DNA of 64,000 nt, taken from NCBI RefSeq assembly GCF_018977255.1, contig NW_024704769.1, positions 4,092,001 through 4,156,000 of the forward strand, given 5' to 3'. Both the position numbers and the translations under genes were made by a program. Source of the stretch: Callorhinchus milii (lineage: Eukaryota). Within the stretch, counting starts at the first letter, position 1, and each line of letters opens with the position of its first letter. A model generated the notes under the pieces. That model searched no databases. It had not been told where the DNA came from and saw only the letters and a program-made list of their open reading frames with translations. This document shows positions 61,987 through 64,000 of the stretch, piece after piece.

Positions 61987-64000
61987 ATGAGCTCCAGCCG
62001 TGAAGTCTTGCGATTGTTGCTTCTCACCTTGACTCTTGTACAGAGAGGTAGTAACTATTTTTTTTTCCTTCATGGGAGTCGTGTTCTTTGAAGCTGATTA
62101 TTACTTTTGCTCTCCGCTGACTGACTGGTTGGGTCGATGTGTCTCAGCAGGAGGACACAGCGAGGCTAAGATCAGGACAAGCAGCCTTGGTTTGGACGCC
62201 TTGCGAGCCAACAAGACGCTGACGGCAGAGGAAGTGATCGTCAGACTTAGCCAACGTAAGACCCTTGTTATTTTGTCTTCCATTTCAATTGTTTTTGCTC
62301 GTCCCCAAAATGCTGAACAAACAGCAAGAAAAGGCGCCCGGCAGCCACTGAGATTGGCCACTTGACAAACTTACCAGCAATTATTATCAGGGAGTCTTAT
62401 TGCAAATGTGCCTGGATGAGGGAGGGAGAGAGAGGAGGGAATCAAGGGAAGGAGCGAGTCAGAGAAGCAGGGAGTCAGGGAAGGAGGAATTTAGTCCAAA
62501 TTATCCAACAGTGGACCCGACCTAAAAAAAAGTTATTCAAGACCGTTGGAAAAATTCTGTTCATGTTTTGCACCAATTCTAGGTTAACTGCTTGTCCCCA
62601 TTAACCAGGATGTCTTTGTGCATTTCTGTACGCGTGTGTGTGTGTGTGTGTGTGTGTGTTCAGACACTGAGACACAGGGTCTGTCCTCTTGTTTTCCTTC
62701 ACTATTCAATGTCTGTCACTTGGCTGTTCTCCTCACAGGTATTTTTCGACATGAAAAGCCTTGGCGAGGGTTCCTGATCGAAGGCGACATCGTCAAACCC
62801 GTAATTTCTGCTTTTTAAAATTTCTTATTTTCTGGATCAAAATATCATCAATTTCAAAGTGTTATTGGAATCCTGTCGTGTATTAGTTAGAGCACTCGCC
62901 TCACAAGCGAGAGGATTCAATTCCCGGGCAGTGCAAAACTTTTCCTTATTCCACACGCCTCTGTTTACCTAGCAGTAAGTAGGAACCCGGTTGTTAGTCG
63001 ATTGGCGGATCAAATTGTTATTATTTATTTTATTTTGACTGTGACTGATTTTGGCAAGCAGTAGTTCAATTTGGTCTAAGTCGTGGATCATTTTAAAGCT
63101 ACGAGTGGAATGTGAGGTGGGTTAGGTTTCCTGTAGCCTTGTGTGATTGCACCTTAATGTTGCCTGTCTCTAGTTGCAAAGGAATACAATACTCTCTGAG
63201 CCCAGGACGTGGGAGAAGTCAGCAGATGGAACAGTGAAAATCCCCTATGAAATCTCCCAGCAGTACGGTAAGTAACTGTCGGGGGAAGCCAGCCGCACCA
63301 GGATAAAAGTTTGCGATGGTAGATGTTATTATTACAGGCTGTGGGACACCGCTGTGCGCAATTGGCTGCTGCGTTTCGCCCACAAAATACAATTTATTTT
63401 ATACACTTCACAGTATATTCTGTGAAGCGCTTTGAGACGCCTCAACCACGTGATGAGGCACTGCATCAGATGCCAGGATTATCGTTATCCTTTTCCTGCA
63501 GATGAGGAGACTCGGAGCTCCATCAGCCAGGGCTTCGGGGACTTTGAGAAATTCACGTGTGTTCGGTTTGTGCCTCGCAGCGACGAGGAGGACTTCATCT
63601 CCATTCAGCCACTGCAAGGGTACGTATAGACCTGACGGGGCTAAGCTGATTGGATTCAGTCAATGCACCTAACCCTCTCCTAACAATTCTCAATGGGTCC
63701 TGGCTAAGGTGTACGGACCCTTTTGAAGCTGGACACAAGGACATACCTACAAAAGTGGCCTGGGAGAGCGAATGTGTTTTTAAAGGCAGAGGGTAGAGAT
63801 TTATCAGCGTGTATTTAGGAACGAGCTGATATCCTGGTCTTCTGAAGCGATCTAAAGGCTCAACAGCAAGTTACACGTAATTTGTTGTTGTTATCCACAA
63901 AGCTCCCTCCCTCTCTTTAGCTCTAAACAATGTCTTTGCTTCAACTTCAACTCTCCGCGTCTAACTCTCAGGTGTTACTCATCTGTGGGCCGAGTTGGCG
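61987..64000 (+). CDS. ASTL: Astacin-family metalloendopeptidase, ovastacin/ASTL-like (5' part; continues past the window end)
   Basis: Exons 61987-62047 (signal-peptide-like [20 protein letters not shown]), 62151-62255, 62739-62800 ([10 protein letters not shown] propeptide motif), 63174-63267 ([12 protein letters not shown]), 63502-63619 ([23 protein letters not shown]) and 63972 onward ([10 protein letters not shown]). The zinc motif lies beyond the window. The symbol rests on similarity to recalled human ASTL and linkage to SNRNP200. Confidence 0.8.

Overview
This is vertebrate genomic DNA, most likely from a cartilaginous fish (chimaera or shark). That is inferred from the dense tRNA-derived Deu-type SINEs and the L2/CR1 LINE 3' ends. 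Five spliced protein-coding genes can be reconstructed exon by exon with GT-AG boundaries and consistent phases: (1) the 5' 16 exons of SNRNP200/Brr2 (minus strand, running off the window start); (2) complete SLC20A1/PiT-1 (minus); (3) an NT5C2 paralogue, probably NT5DC4 (plus, terminal exon ambiguous); (4) complete TMED4 (plus); (5) the 5' part of an ovastacin/ASTL-like astacin protease (plus, running off the window end). CpG-island promoters lie at about 9.0-10.1 kb, 21.3-24.2 kb and 56.0-56.7 kb. I found no wholly new gene system. The most notable signals are a near-perfect 66-bp-arm hairpin in a SNRNP200 intron, a 67-bp inverted duplication at an L2 junction, strongly AT-to-GC-shifted SINE copies next to CpG islands, a catalytically intact NT5C2 paralogue with an altered substrate-site residue and little or no acidic tail, GTGAG-based G-rich minisatellites opening first introns, and a modular SINE family. 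Comparisons with human proteins and repeat families are from memory, not from database searches.
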